Below are positions 30,964 through 47,787 of a DNA stretch of 64,000 nt, piece by piece. Source of the stretch: the human T2T-CHM13v2.0 reference genome, Homo sapiens. Both the position numbers and the translations under genes were made by a program. Location: assembly GCF_009914755.1 (NCBI RefSeq), contig NC_060928.1. The stretch is one strand, 5' to 3'. The notes beneath the pieces were generated by a model. It was not told where the DNA came from, did no database searches, and saw only the letters and a program-made list of their open reading frames with translations. Positions within the stretch are counted from its first letter, which is position 1, and each line of letters begins with the position of its first letter.

Positions 30964-31693
30964 TTAATTTGATTACTAAGTGAGAATGTTCTCTTTTCAT
31001 ATGCCTAGTGGCCAACTGTATTTCTTCATTTTTGAATTGCTTTCTCATAATATACGCCTTTAAAAAATAAACATGATGATGTTCTCTGAATTGATACCTA
31101 AGAGCTCATTAAACCTAAGTCCTATAATTTTGCAATATGTTTTCCTTTTGTGACCACTTTTCATGAACCTCTTGAATTTGGCTCTGAATATCTTCCAGTA
31201 ACTTTATGGTATCAATCTTGGCAATCCTTCAGTGACCACTCTACACTTCCAAGTGCTTCCCAAGAAGGCAGAGGGTAACAGCCACCACTCATTTGCAGTA
31301 GTACTGCCTGTGTACCCCAAGTTGCTGTTACTCCGTAGCAATAATCTCAGCCCTTCTGTCACCTGTGCACTTACATAGCATTACATTTTAAATTTTAAAT
31401 TGTTATAAGAATTTTTGTTAACATCATTTTTTGGTTAAATTTTTCATGATTATCTGAGTAAACTTCGAAAGGCATAAACAGGAAAACTCAGCATATATAT
31501 CTTTTATTCAGACACAGTAACAGTTTATATGTTAGACATTTCTTCTGGTCTTTCTCATATTTCTTCAATTTAATAGCAGATAAAATGTGAAAAACATTTT
31601 TTTCTCAAAACATTATGTAATATGCATACTGTACATCATTTCAAATAATTTATTATTGTCATTTTAACAGCAGCATATGATTCTATTATCTAA

Positions 31694-32060
<367 letters not shown>

Positions 32061-32232
32061 AATAAATCTTGTCTTTTAGTTTGGATATCTTTAAAATAAA
32101 CATTTCAATGTATGGACACTTAATTTTTAGGTAGTCAAATATATGCTTTTGTTCACATTTTCTTGAAGATATCATTAATTATTCTGAGGTCATATGTGCT
32201 ACTCAGGTCTCACCAACTAGACCATACATTTC

Positions 32233-32516
<284 letters not shown>

Positions 32517-32517
32517 T

Positions 32518-32690
32518 TTCACCATGTTTTGACTAGCACATGGCCCTCACGAGAAGCCAGCCAGATGTGGTGCTATGCTCTTGAACTTCCCAGCTTACAG
32601 AATTGTGAGCTAAATAAACCTTATTTTTAAAAAAACAAATTACTAAATCTCAGATATTCTTTTGTAGCAACACAAAATGGACTAGGACAG
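32518..32690 (+). mobile_element. MST/MLT1A-type MaLR LTR, 3' part
   Basis: ttgaacttcccagcttacagaattgtgagctaaataaacc...gtagcaacacaaaatggactaggaca. Confidence 0.8.
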
Positions 32691-33177
32691 AATTATAGCT
32701 ATGCATGATGCCTGCTGGATTACCTGATCTAGGATTCTTTCAGAGATTTAATCTTTTTAGGCTGTGCCTGACTCTTTCCAAAAAGATGTGACAATTCTCC
32801 TGTGTCCAGCCACTTTGCTGTCTCTAATACATGTGAATGTCCTGTGAATTAGGCAAAGCCTGTCATTTTTCTGCTTAAAGGGCAAGGATTTCCTTCAGGA
32901 GGATAGTCAATCTGGGATATAGATAATCTTTCTAGAGAAGCTAAAAGTTTCCTCCCTTTTTTCACCAAGAAAATGCTGGGGATATTTGACAGACTGTGTT
33001 CAAACTCATCATGGTCTGTATGATAATGCGTTCTTTGAAATGCATTAATATTTGCATTACACAGCAGGATGTTGTCAGTGTTCTCTGGGTACTTGAAAAT
33101 AATGTATATGCTACGTTTGTTGAGTGCCAATCTCCACATAATTTGAATAATCATGAATTCACGTTCAATTCCTTGCC

Positions 33178-33494
33178 TTTTTTTTTTTTTTTTTTTTTGG
33201 AGATGGAGTTTCGCTGTTGTTTGTTGCCCAGGCTGGAGTCTGGAGTGCAATGGCGAGATCTCGGCTCACTGAAACATCTGCCTCTGGGGTTCAAGTGATT
33301 CTCCTGCCTCAGCCTCCTGAGTAGCTGAGATTACAGGTGTGAGCCACCATGCCCAGCTAATTTTTCTGTTTTTTAGTAGAGATGGGGTTTCACTATGTTG
33401 GCCAGGCTGGTCTCGAACTCCTGACCTCAGGTGATCCACCTGCCTTGGCCTCCCACAGTGTTGGGATTACAGGCGTGAGCCACTGCACCCAGCT
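33178..33494 (-). mobile_element. AluS
   Basis: Full Alu. Confidence 0.95.
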
Positions 33495-33549
33495 AATGCC
33501 TTTTTCTTGTTGAAAATATATTTACTTTATAAGTATAATGGATTAAGAG

Positions 33550-34420
<871 letters not shown>

Positions 34421-34524
34421 CATACATTATTTTCTCAAGACAACCCCATAAAGCAGATACTATTGTAATTATTATCATCCTCTTTTAAGATAAACAGGGA
34501 TAGAGAGCTTAAGCAACTTGTTCC

Positions 34525-35045
34525 ATATATGAGTCAGAGAAACACATCCACTGTGTGTTGTAAGATAAGGGATGTATTATAGAATGTGTATATATAACAT
34601 TATGAGATGCTTGGGAAGGAAGATCTGAGTGGTTCCCAGCCAGTCAATATAAAAAGCCAAGCACATCCAGCCACCCAAGTGGGACTGTGAAGCTGCTGGC
34701 AGATAAGTCTGTGGGAAGATTTTGCCTCTGTGGGTTTGTGGTCAAGTATTCATTGATGGTCCTAGGGCTGCTCCTAGTCAGAGGAGCCGGAGTAGAGAAG
34801 AAGAGCTGGAAGTGAAGTGGAAGAGAGTGAGGAAAAGCCCCCCTAGGGACCTCTGTGTCTGTCCATCACTACATCCAATCACGATGATTTTTAGAGGGTA
34901 TTGGCTGCTGCTTCACTTCTACCTCCTAAATCTTGTAAAAGTTATCTCGTTGGCCATGCTAACAGAGAACTATCTGTGAGAAAAGAATGTGAAATGTGGT
35001 TCTCAGATTAACTAGGTTGACAATAGAATGATTCGCCATACCTAA
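34525..35045. mobile_element. Old LTR (LTR78/LTR79-like) inserted in a MIR
   Basis: gggtattggctgctgcttcacttctacctcctaaatct...ggccatgctaac; MIR text on both sides (34430-34525, 35050-35110). Confidence 0.5.
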
Positions 35046-36328
35046 AGTCGTCAAGACAGAGTTTGTGTCTGAACCAGGATTTGAACCCAGGCAGCCTGGC
35101 TCAGATTCCATTAAGGTCCACTTTATTATGTCCTTCATGGTCTGGTAAACTGCTTATCTCTGCTTTCACAGCATCCTGTTCTACATCCTCTACTTCAGCC
35201 ACACAGGGCTACCTCTAGGGACCTGACAAAGAGATGCTCCTCTGACTTTTGGGCATCTGCTAGTCCCATGCTAGAAAACTCTTCCTTTCCTCATCCATGA
35301 AATGGCCACGTGTCATTTGCCTTTTGGGTCTCAGATAAGCTGTCACTGTCTTTAGAACAACATCCCTGTCCCCTAAAGACGATTTTAAATATCCTCTGTG
35401 TGACAAGATCTAATGCTTGCTGCTTTCTTAGGACTTAATACACACCTCCTACCAGGGCAGAGGCCTGTCTGTCTTGCTCACTGCTGTATACCTGACACTT
35501 AGCACAGTAGCTAATAAATCATGAATAAACAACCACACTAGTAACTGCTTTATCTACCTCCGTCTTTGGATTTACACTCAATTGAAACAGAGATTTTTGT
35601 CTTGCCTAATGCATTCTCAGCATTCCAGCATAATATCAACCTGTTTAATATTTGTTGAATTAATAAGTCCAAAAATAACAGGAAAAAAGCTGAGAATTCA
35701 GATTATTAATTGTGTATCTTCTCTGCCTGGTAAGTTAGATAGACAAAAACCTTGAGTGAGAATTAACTCGGAATTGAGTATTCTTCCACTTAGACCATTA
35801 GGCTCATTAATCACTCTTCTCTGTTCATCTTTTCAGGCACAGTTAGTAAGGCAAATTTATACCATAAAATTCTTGGTTATCTTTCTGGTTTTATTGACAC
35901 CACAGTAAAACTGTGACTTCTTAAAATGATTTGAAGGTCCCCAACAATAAAAACATGAATACGTTACTGCTATTAGAGAGTGAGAGAAACACTCTGCCTC
36001 CCTGTGCTGGTTGTTGCTGATTATCCTGTTGAACTTGATTACTGATTACTGAGAAAGTTACATGTTGAAGTTCTGCTTGTTCATGAGTTCTGATGTAGTC
36101 TAGGGAATGTTGTAATTACAGTGCTCATTCAGAAGAAGGCTGCAATCCAGACGTAGTACATAGGAAGGTAGAGTAGCTAATATGTTTTCTATGAAAATAA
36201 ACTGGTTTCCATAGGAAAACCAAAGTGAAAGAATACGCTGTATACAAAAGTGAATCCTAAATCTTATAAATCCCTGTATGAGAAAAAAAAAGGGAGGAGG
36301 AAATTACAGGAACTGGAATATGATCTAA

Positions 36329-36727
<399 letters not shown>

Positions 36728-38127
36728 TAAAAAAACCTAAGTCGAACATTAAGAGAAGATAAGCCTTTGAAAGATAAAATTTTAAATAAATTATTAGCAT
36801 GTCATAAAGTTTTATTTATTTTAAGACGAAACAAAAATGTTAGTTGATACATGAGAATAGAGGTGTTAATTAGTAAGTTTATGAACCAGACTTCTGTTTA
36901 TATTCTCTTATGAAGGATAATTTTTGGTTAGTATGAGATTTTATTTCTTGATTATGAGCATTAATAAAGGCAAGTGTTGGCTGAGCCTGGATGAAATATG
37001 AGATGTTTATAACACACACACAATTGTGACAATTCAAATGCAGAACTTTTTGTTTAAACAAATGATTACGGTTGAAGTAGAAGTATAAGCAGGGCCATAA
37101 TTCATGACACATCCAATTCTTTTTCCTGCTGCAGTCATTAGTTCTTCACCTTCGCAGTAACAACCATATGAGTGCAACGAAATAGACCATGACTAAAGGA
37201 TTTGGTAAGATCTTGCTCTACAAGAAAACAAAAAGAAAAACAAATAAAACCTTAAGAAAAAGTACTATGAATTGCTGCTTAATGAATTCCCTATGCTTAC
37301 AGAACTACATAGCTAGGCTATGGGGAATTTAACTGTCTGAGTCTTCTTTCATTTCCAAACCAATAATACATTGACATAGCCTCGGTCTACATTATCTAAA
37401 TTAATTAGAGCCAGAACCTAAATAATTTCCTGGCTGTTAGTTTTAAACAAATGAAAATGTTGGTATCAAGGCTTTCCTGTTGCTACTGTATCAAGATCTA
37501 TATGACATATATGGTATCAAAACGTATATGATATATATGGAATATGGTTATATACAATCTAGCTTGGTCATGGTTACATAGAAAGACTATTCTTTTTAAG
37601 TAAGGCTGCTCGTTTTTAAATCACAGTAAAACATAGGAATCTTCAACTCAGAAGTCTATTTTTCCATGGGTATGCTGAAATAATGCTTTCAAACTATTAC
37701 AAATTAACTGAAAAGGTAAGTAGTAAAATAGAACAGGTTTATGTCTTTGTGGTGTAACAAACAGTAAAGCATGTAGGTAATTGGATTCCAAACCTTGCCC
37801 CCTCCCTGAGGGCTATATATGCCCACTCTTCTACTATACTCCCACGGGGAAGTCATCCTGGAGCATGAAGAGCATTAAAACAGCAACAGTGGCCACAAAC
37901 ATAATATTGAGATTATTGCCTTGGTTATCTCTATACTAATTTTATGTATATTATATACATATCGATCTGTCTTCACAAATGCTGTGTACCAAGTACAAAA
38001 TTTTCAAGTTGCTAAATGTAGAAATTAGGAATATCAGTAATTTTAAGGTTATGATGAGTTGCAGATGTAGTAATAATTCATGTGAGATGTTCTGTCAAAT
38101 GATTTGAAAGTCATTAAAATCCCTCAC

Positions 38128-39600
<1,473 letters not shown>

Positions 39601-40139
39601 GAAAAAATCTGCCCTCATTGTCATAAACTTTTTGGTTGATTGCTTTCTCTTCAATAAAAGCACCGTAACTAGGGCAGAATAAGGCAGCAACTTTATTAAT
39701 GAGTGTTCAAAGGCAAAAGTAGCTTTTCTCCAAGTGGATTTTTCAGTGTCCAGAGAATGTTCATCATGCTTGTTCAGTGTCCTTGGCTTATTAGCACCAT
39801 TCAAAACACTGTCTCTAGTTTCTGTATCATGTGCACAGTAGACTATTGTCACTGGGCACCAGGCTTCTTGTCGGCTTTGAGAATTCTCTCTTGCAAAGTT
39901 AATACTGGAGGTGAGAAGGCTTATGTATTTCTATTTGAGAATTCATATTAAAGTATCAGCGTGGTTTTTTATTTATTCTTTAATTCTGACCTATATGTCC
40001 TCAATATAGATAGTATGATCTGTCTATTCACTGGGCATGTATGTAATGCTGGTAAATGTCCTACAGAGTGTGCTAAATGCTAGGCACAAACATGCAAAGA
40101 TATAGTCCCAATCTCAAGAAGTTTAGCAACTAGTAGAGG

Positions 40140-40695
<556 letters not shown>

Positions 40696-41189
40696 TTAAG
40701 AGTAATTTAGCATGAAACAATTCAGTATAATTTCAATGCTTTAAAACCTTCAACAGAAGGAAAGACAGATGCCAAGTTGTGTTTCCTCACTTCTTCTTAA
40801 TGTTGGAATTTCAACCTAGCATAAAAATTGTATCTTTAACATCAGATGATATTAAAAGTCCTCTATGATACCTGCATGATAGCTTTGTCATTAGCATTTT
40901 ATGATCTGTGTATGACATCATGTCCGCAGGTAAAAGCAGTGAAGTAACTGTAAGGCAATGAAACATTATAAAATACCTTCAAGCATTAATGGTTTATCTC
41001 TTTTGTTTCACAATAACACAATGTTTGAAGGTAAGTCCATAGTTCTAGAAACATCTATCACTAACAGGAAAAAGAACAAAATGATTGATCCACTTAGAAG
41101 CACCTCAGTCCATCCATGGATTAGCTTGCACTTCAAACTATAGATAAGTGTGTGTCTATATTCAGAAAGTCTAAGGGGGTGTTCTAGTT

Positions 41190-41420
41190 AAGAATGTGAG
41201 ATATACATCCTAAAAATCCTGGCTTTAAATATCCACTCCATCACATACTGCTCTGAGACCTTGGAAAGTTACTTAGTTTATCAAAACCTCATTTTCTTCA
41301 TCTGTAAAATGATGGTATTAATAATATCCGTGATTAAATGAGATAACAAAAGAAGTGCTACAGTACCTGGCACATAGTAAGCAATGAACAAATAATGGCC
41401 ATTCTTTTAACTGTATTATT
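41190..41420 (+). mobile_element. MIR
   Basis: gaccttggaaagttactta...cctcattttcttcatctgtaaaatg...cagtacctggcacatagtaagc. Confidence 0.8.
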
Positions 41421-41754
41421 ATTGTTCTTGTTATTTCGGTTCACTCCAAATTTTATTTGGTCAGTAATAGGACTGTGTGTGTAAGAAGAATCAATTCTGT
41501 CCTTATTCTGCTATAATAGCATTTGGTGGGTGAAATAGTAATGCCAGAAATTGATGTACATTGTTATGTTATGTTATTCATCCAGTCTTCATATGTTTAT
41601 GAAATCTGTAATATACGCTAGGTGTCAGATTACTAATTCTGTGTTTCTGTACTCAAGGAGCTTTCATTTGCATCAAACAACATCTGGGGATACTCTCTGT
41701 TCAGGTAAGAATGCTCGGAATGTAAGAATGCTCACACATGCTCAGCAATGTGAT

Positions 41755-42031
41755 TTTTTTGTTTGTTTGTTTGAGAGGTTTGCTCTGTCGCACAGGCTGG
41801 AGTGCAGTGGCGCGATCTTGGCTCACTGCAACCTCTACCTCCCAGGTCAAGTGATTCTCCTGCCTCAGCCTCCCAGTTAGCTGGGACTACAGGTGCAAGC
41901 AACCACACCCGGTTAGTTTTTGTATTTTCACCATGTTGGCTAGACAGTCTTGAACTCCTGACCTCAAGTGATCCACCTGCCTTGGCCTCCCAAAGTGCTG
42001 GGATTACAGGCGTGAGCCACCATGCCTGGCC
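41755..42031 (-). mobile_element. AluS
   Basis: Alu with internal deletion. Confidence 0.94.
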
Positions 42032-42531
42032 AGCAATATGATGATGATTTGATGTCTGTTTTCTACCTGTTGAAGATGATAGTCTTTGAATTCCTCAGCC
42101 AGGAATAAAGAAATTTTACCATCATGCCCACCTCGCCCCAGATAGCAACTCCCATGATTAACTAGACTTGCATCATCTGGGCCCTTCCCATCTCACACCT
42201 CATTCAAATTTCTACTCAGGTCACACTGGTGCCATTTTGCACCACTCTACTGCTTGCCCTAGCCTTGCAGTAAATAAACTTGTGTAGGTTTTTATTCCTG
42301 TGTTTAAAAAAATTAATTTAAAATATTTATAAACTAGAAACAAAACCCTATATCCTTGCTGCCTACACAGCCCATTTATAGGATGCTAACCTTTGTTTCA
42401 AAAGATCTTTTTTGGGGTGGCCAATATAGTTGGGAGTCTATAGATGTTCTAAGATTCGGCTTCATGGTTTTTTAACTCAACTGTGAGGTTCTGTTGTCAT
42501 TCAATAGCCAAGGTATGTTGAGCACCTATTA

Positions 42532-42970
<439 letters not shown>

Positions 42971-42994
42971 TTATGAGTGAAAAGACACTTGACT

Positions 42995-43056
42995 AGGGTC
43001 TAGAAGGTGAAGGCCAGATGATGAAAGGGTCTAGAAGGTGAAGGCCAGATGATGAA
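42995..43056. repeat. Perfect 31-bp tandem duplication
   Basis: agggtctagaaggtgaaggccagatgatgaa x2. Confidence 0.97.
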
Positions 43057-44484
43057 AAGGGCCAGACAGTATAACAGGCAGGAGAAATGGTGGGAGGTGT
43101 AAAAATAGTTGGCAAGCAGTCTGTGGGGCTAGAATATTTGGGAGAAGACATGTCTGGAAAAAAAATGCTGAGACCAGATCAGCATGGGCTCTGAAAGTCC
43201 TTCCAGAATGTTACGGGTTTATTCTGTAGGCAAATGAGAACTTTTACAGTTTTTAAGCAGGTGAGTTACAATCAGATCTTCAATACTTCATGCTATTCTG
43301 ACTTACTATGTAAATATCTAGCTTGTGTTAATGAATAGTGCTACTTAACAAAATCACAAGTTTGACTTTGTGTGTTAAAACAAAATTCTGCCACTAGAAA
43401 GAAAAGATGTATTTTAGAATGTGATTTCCTCTTTGATCTTTTTTTCCTTCATTCCTATTTTTGTTGTTGTTGTTACACAGAGGACTCATTTTCTCTCTTT
43501 TTTGTCTTTCCTCCTTTGACTTTGGTTCTGTCATTTTCCTTTCCATTAAAAGTAGCATGAAACTTCCAAGTTTCCTTGAATATTGCCAAAGAGGTTGGGG
43601 CTTCATCCTGCAGTATGTCCTGGACATCACTGTCTTCGTGGTTTTGTAGGATGGAAATCTGTATAGCTTTCCATGAGTATCTTCACAGTCCATATTTCAA
43701 TGCAGACATTAGTCTTACAATTAGGAATATCGAAAAGGAATTCCTACAATGTCTTATAGTTAATGTGGTAATATTCAATATTATTTCTGATATTAACACC
43801 ATGTTAAAAGCTTTATGAATTTAAATAAGGCACAGTCTCTAAAATTATGGAATAGAATTTAAATTTCTTTTCTCTACTAGCCTTAAATAATTATATCAAT
43901 TTAAGAGAGTCTGATGGAAAGAATAGGTTTTTAGTTAATAAGTTTTTAGTAAACTCATCCTTTTCAGGTAGTTTAATCAGAAAATTGCTCTTCATCTGTT
44001 TTTGTTACCTAACTTTTCTGTGTTTTTTTCTAGTACAGAAGGAAATAGTTGCTGTATATTTCTTCCTGAGGCACACACTGTAAATATACTGTGAGTCAGG
44101 GAAAACACTGAAAAGTTCCAAGGTTGGCAAATCATTTTAGAAGGAAAAAGTCATCAGGAACATGAGACTCTAAAGAAACAGATGTAGGAATTATTTTTAT
44201 AAGTTTTGTTACAGAATTTTTTCCTTATTTTCTAGTTTTAGGAATCATGTAGGTGTATGGATTAGGATGGTTCAGAATAAAAGATGCTCTAGCTTTAGAA
44301 ATGTTTGAAAATTCAAAAAACAATATTAATATGACATTGTATTCAAATGTGACTTCAAAGAGATTAGTTTATTATCAAGCCCTGCGTAATTTGGCAGCAT
44401 ATAAACATGTGGGTATAATATCCGCTTTTATTAAGAAAAGTTGGAACAATGTTGACAGCAAAAAAAAAAGTAAAATCATTTTAA

Positions 44485-44803
<319 letters not shown>

Positions 44804-44804
44804 T

Positions 44805-45075
44805 TCTTTTTTTTTTTTTTTTTTTTTTTTTATAAGTGAGACAGGTGTTGTTCTGTTGCCCAGGCAGTGGATTGATCATTGCTCAGTGCAGCCTCAAACT
44901 CCTGGTGTCAATCAGTCCTCCTTCCTCAGTCTCCTGAGTAGCTAGGACTACAAGCATATGCCACCACACCCAACTGTTTTTAAAATTTTTTTTTAGAGAC
45001 GGGATCTCCCTATGTTGCCCAGGCTGGTCTCAAACTCCTGGCTTCCAGGGATCCTCCCATCTTGGCCTACCAAAG
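44805..45075 (-). mobile_element. AluJ, 5'-truncated
   Basis: Diverged Alu with long poly-T. Confidence 0.92.
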
Positions 45076-45406
45076 ATATTTTTTTCTTTTTAAAAACAGA
45101 ACCAGTAGCTTAGCTACTTCAGATGTTTTCATAGTTTATGGCTTGTTTCTGTTTCAGTTGAGGAGTTCTATTTTTCTTTAACTTACATATTAGACAAAAT
45201 TAAATTGCTACAGAACTAGAATTTCTGTGTTATTTCTTCCCATATATAATCACAGTTGTTTTATATAAAACCAAATAAAATGATCAGCAGAAAATATAGT
45301 AGATATGAGAGTAATTTGATGTGTATTTTAATTGTGAGGTTATCACTGACATATTATATACCAGAATCAGAAAATATATTAATATATTTAGAAATATATT
45401 AATTCA

Positions 45407-45698
45407 GGCTGGGTACAGTGACTCACCCATGTAATTCCAGCACTTTGGGAGGCCAAGGTGAGTGGATCACTTGAGGTCAGTAGTTTGAGACCAGCCTGGC
45501 CAACATGATCAAACTCCGTCTCTACTAAAAATACAAAAATTATCTGGGCATGGTGGCACATGCCTGTAATTCCAGCTACTTCAGAGACTGAGGCACAAGA
45601 ATTGCTTGAACCCAGGAGGTGGAGGTTGCTGTGAGCTGACATCTTGCCACTGCACTCCAGCCTCGGTGACAGAGTGAGGCTCTGTCTCAAACAAACAA
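45407..45698 (+). mobile_element. AluS
   Basis: TSD agaaatatattaattca / agaaatacattaattca. Confidence 0.95.
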
Positions 45699-46393
45699 GA
45701 AATACATTAATTCATATTAAATAATTCACAATAAATAATATGCATTAATGTGAATCAATATCCATATTCACATGACTAACAGCATTTATATAAATTATAT
45801 AAAATTATATTTGTATTGATATTTGTGTTAATACTGAAATTATTCATAATATGTTAAATACAGAATCATAAAGTAGAAAGGAGTCTTAGAGAATTTTAGA
45901 GTCTGTCCTTCAACCCCTTGTAGGCACGATCTCCTTCCACAATATCCCATCTCTACCTGTGCTAAATGCTTCTGTGAGGGAAGTCTTGCTACCTTATGAT
46001 GCAATCCACAGCACAACATGCAAAAATCTGCTTTTGAGCTAAAAGCACCCATTTCTAGCTAGGAAAACCGGGGGAGAGTAGTAAAAGACAGGGAAAAGAT
46101 CCTAAAGAAGCTTACAACTTGGCAAAAGGCATAGGCAAGGTGATTAAGCACTGACCCAGAGAGGGGAGTTTTAAAAGCCACAGACCTCATTGCTTCCCAG
46201 GTCTCTGCTATCACCAGCTTCTTCCCCCAGCAGCTAGCTTTCAGAACCTCAAAAATGCCTTTAATGAAATATAGAGGACTCAAGTACCCTGCTTTTCCAT
46301 ATGTTCTAAGATCAAATGCACACATTATCTTAGATTCAAGATCTTCACGTATTTTTGTATAGTGTCTGTTCAATGTCTACTTAAAAAATTATC

Positions 46394-46697
46394 AGCTGGG
46401 TGCAGCGGCTCATGCCTGTAATCCCAGCACTTTGGGAGGCCGAGGCGGGCAGATGGCCTGAGGTCAGGAGTTCGAGACCAGCCTGGCCAAAAGTGGTGAA
46501 ACTTTGTCTCTACTTAAAATACAAAAATGAACTGGGTGTGGTGGTGCACACCTGTAATCCCAGTTACTTGGGAGGCTGAGGCAGGAGAATCGCTTGAAAC
46601 TTGGGAGGCAAAGATTGCAATGAGCCGAGATCACACCACTGCACTCCAGTCTGGGCAACAGAGTGAGACTCCATCTCAAAAAACAAAAACCAAAAAA
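46394..46697 (+). mobile_element. AluS
   Basis: Full Alu. Confidence 0.95.
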
Positions 46698-46711
46698 CAT
46701 TCTCAGTGCTA

Positions 46712-46960
46712 TAGAAGCAGTTTAGTGCACTGGTTAAGACTGAGATGCTGCAGCCAGACAATTCATGTTTAAATCCTGCCTCTTCCAATTTCTAGCATGG
46801 CCGTGGGAATGTTATCTAACTTCTCTGTGCCTTGCTTTCCTCAGTTGTAAAATGGAAATAAAATAATACCTTATTATGAGGCCTCAGGTTGATAATAAAT
46901 GTGAGCTACTTAGTAGTGTGCCTGTATCATGGTAACCACTCCATAAATGTGGCTTTTATT
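46712..46960 (+). mobile_element. MIR
   Basis: gtttaaatcctgcctcttcc...ttctctgtgccttgctttcctcagttgtaaaatgg. Confidence 0.8.
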
Positions 46961-47644
46961 ATGGAAGGTACACATTTCACCAAGTTATTATATTAACAAG
47001 CAAAAATTTAAATACTCTGTTTGTTGAGAGGCTTAACCACTTATTTTGTATATGTAGAGTCAACATGTAGCAGTGGACAATAAGACAACCACAGCAGTAG
47101 GAACAGAAGAGCAAGAAAAAGATCTCTTTCTTACACTGAAAAATATTTCCTTCACCTGATTCCTAAAATACCATACCTGAAAAGAGGCAGACTTTTATTC
47201 CACAATTAGAGAGAAATAGTTTAAAAGCACATGTTCTAGAATGTTACTTAGCATTGTATGCCTTGATTTATGACAATATATTAATGGTGGTCAAATCCTT
47301 TACCTTCAGTTTTGAGAGAAGAGGGGGGTGGAAAAGGAAAGTGGTAGGAGTGAGGATATCCATGAAGAGGAAGGAGAAGGGGAGGCTGACAGCATAGAAG
47401 CAAGCTGTGTCCCCAGGTCTGTCCTATTTCTCTACTTATAAATTCCCCAAATAGTTCAATTCCAGTGGGCCTGGGCAAATGTCTTTCTTAATGGGAAATA
47501 TGCCTGCAAGTGTTTGAGAGTCCTATATACACTGCCCTGGTTTCCTTATGTAGAAGCAGAGGGGAAAAAAATCTTGCTTTTGCTAAAATTTGTCATGCAC
47601 CCAATGAAGCCCCTCCTTTCTATTCTTCTCCCCCCAGTGGTCTC

Positions 47645-47787
47645 TATTTACTTATTTATTTATTTAGATATGGTGTGGGCATGTGGGGGTCTCACTATGT
47701 TGCTCAGGCTGGTCTTGAACTCAAGGGATCCTCCCACCTCTGCCTCTGAGTATCTGTGACTACATGCATATGCCACCACATCTGGCT
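47645..47787 (-). mobile_element. FLAM/Alu monomer
   Basis: Single diverged Alu arm. Confidence 0.85.
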
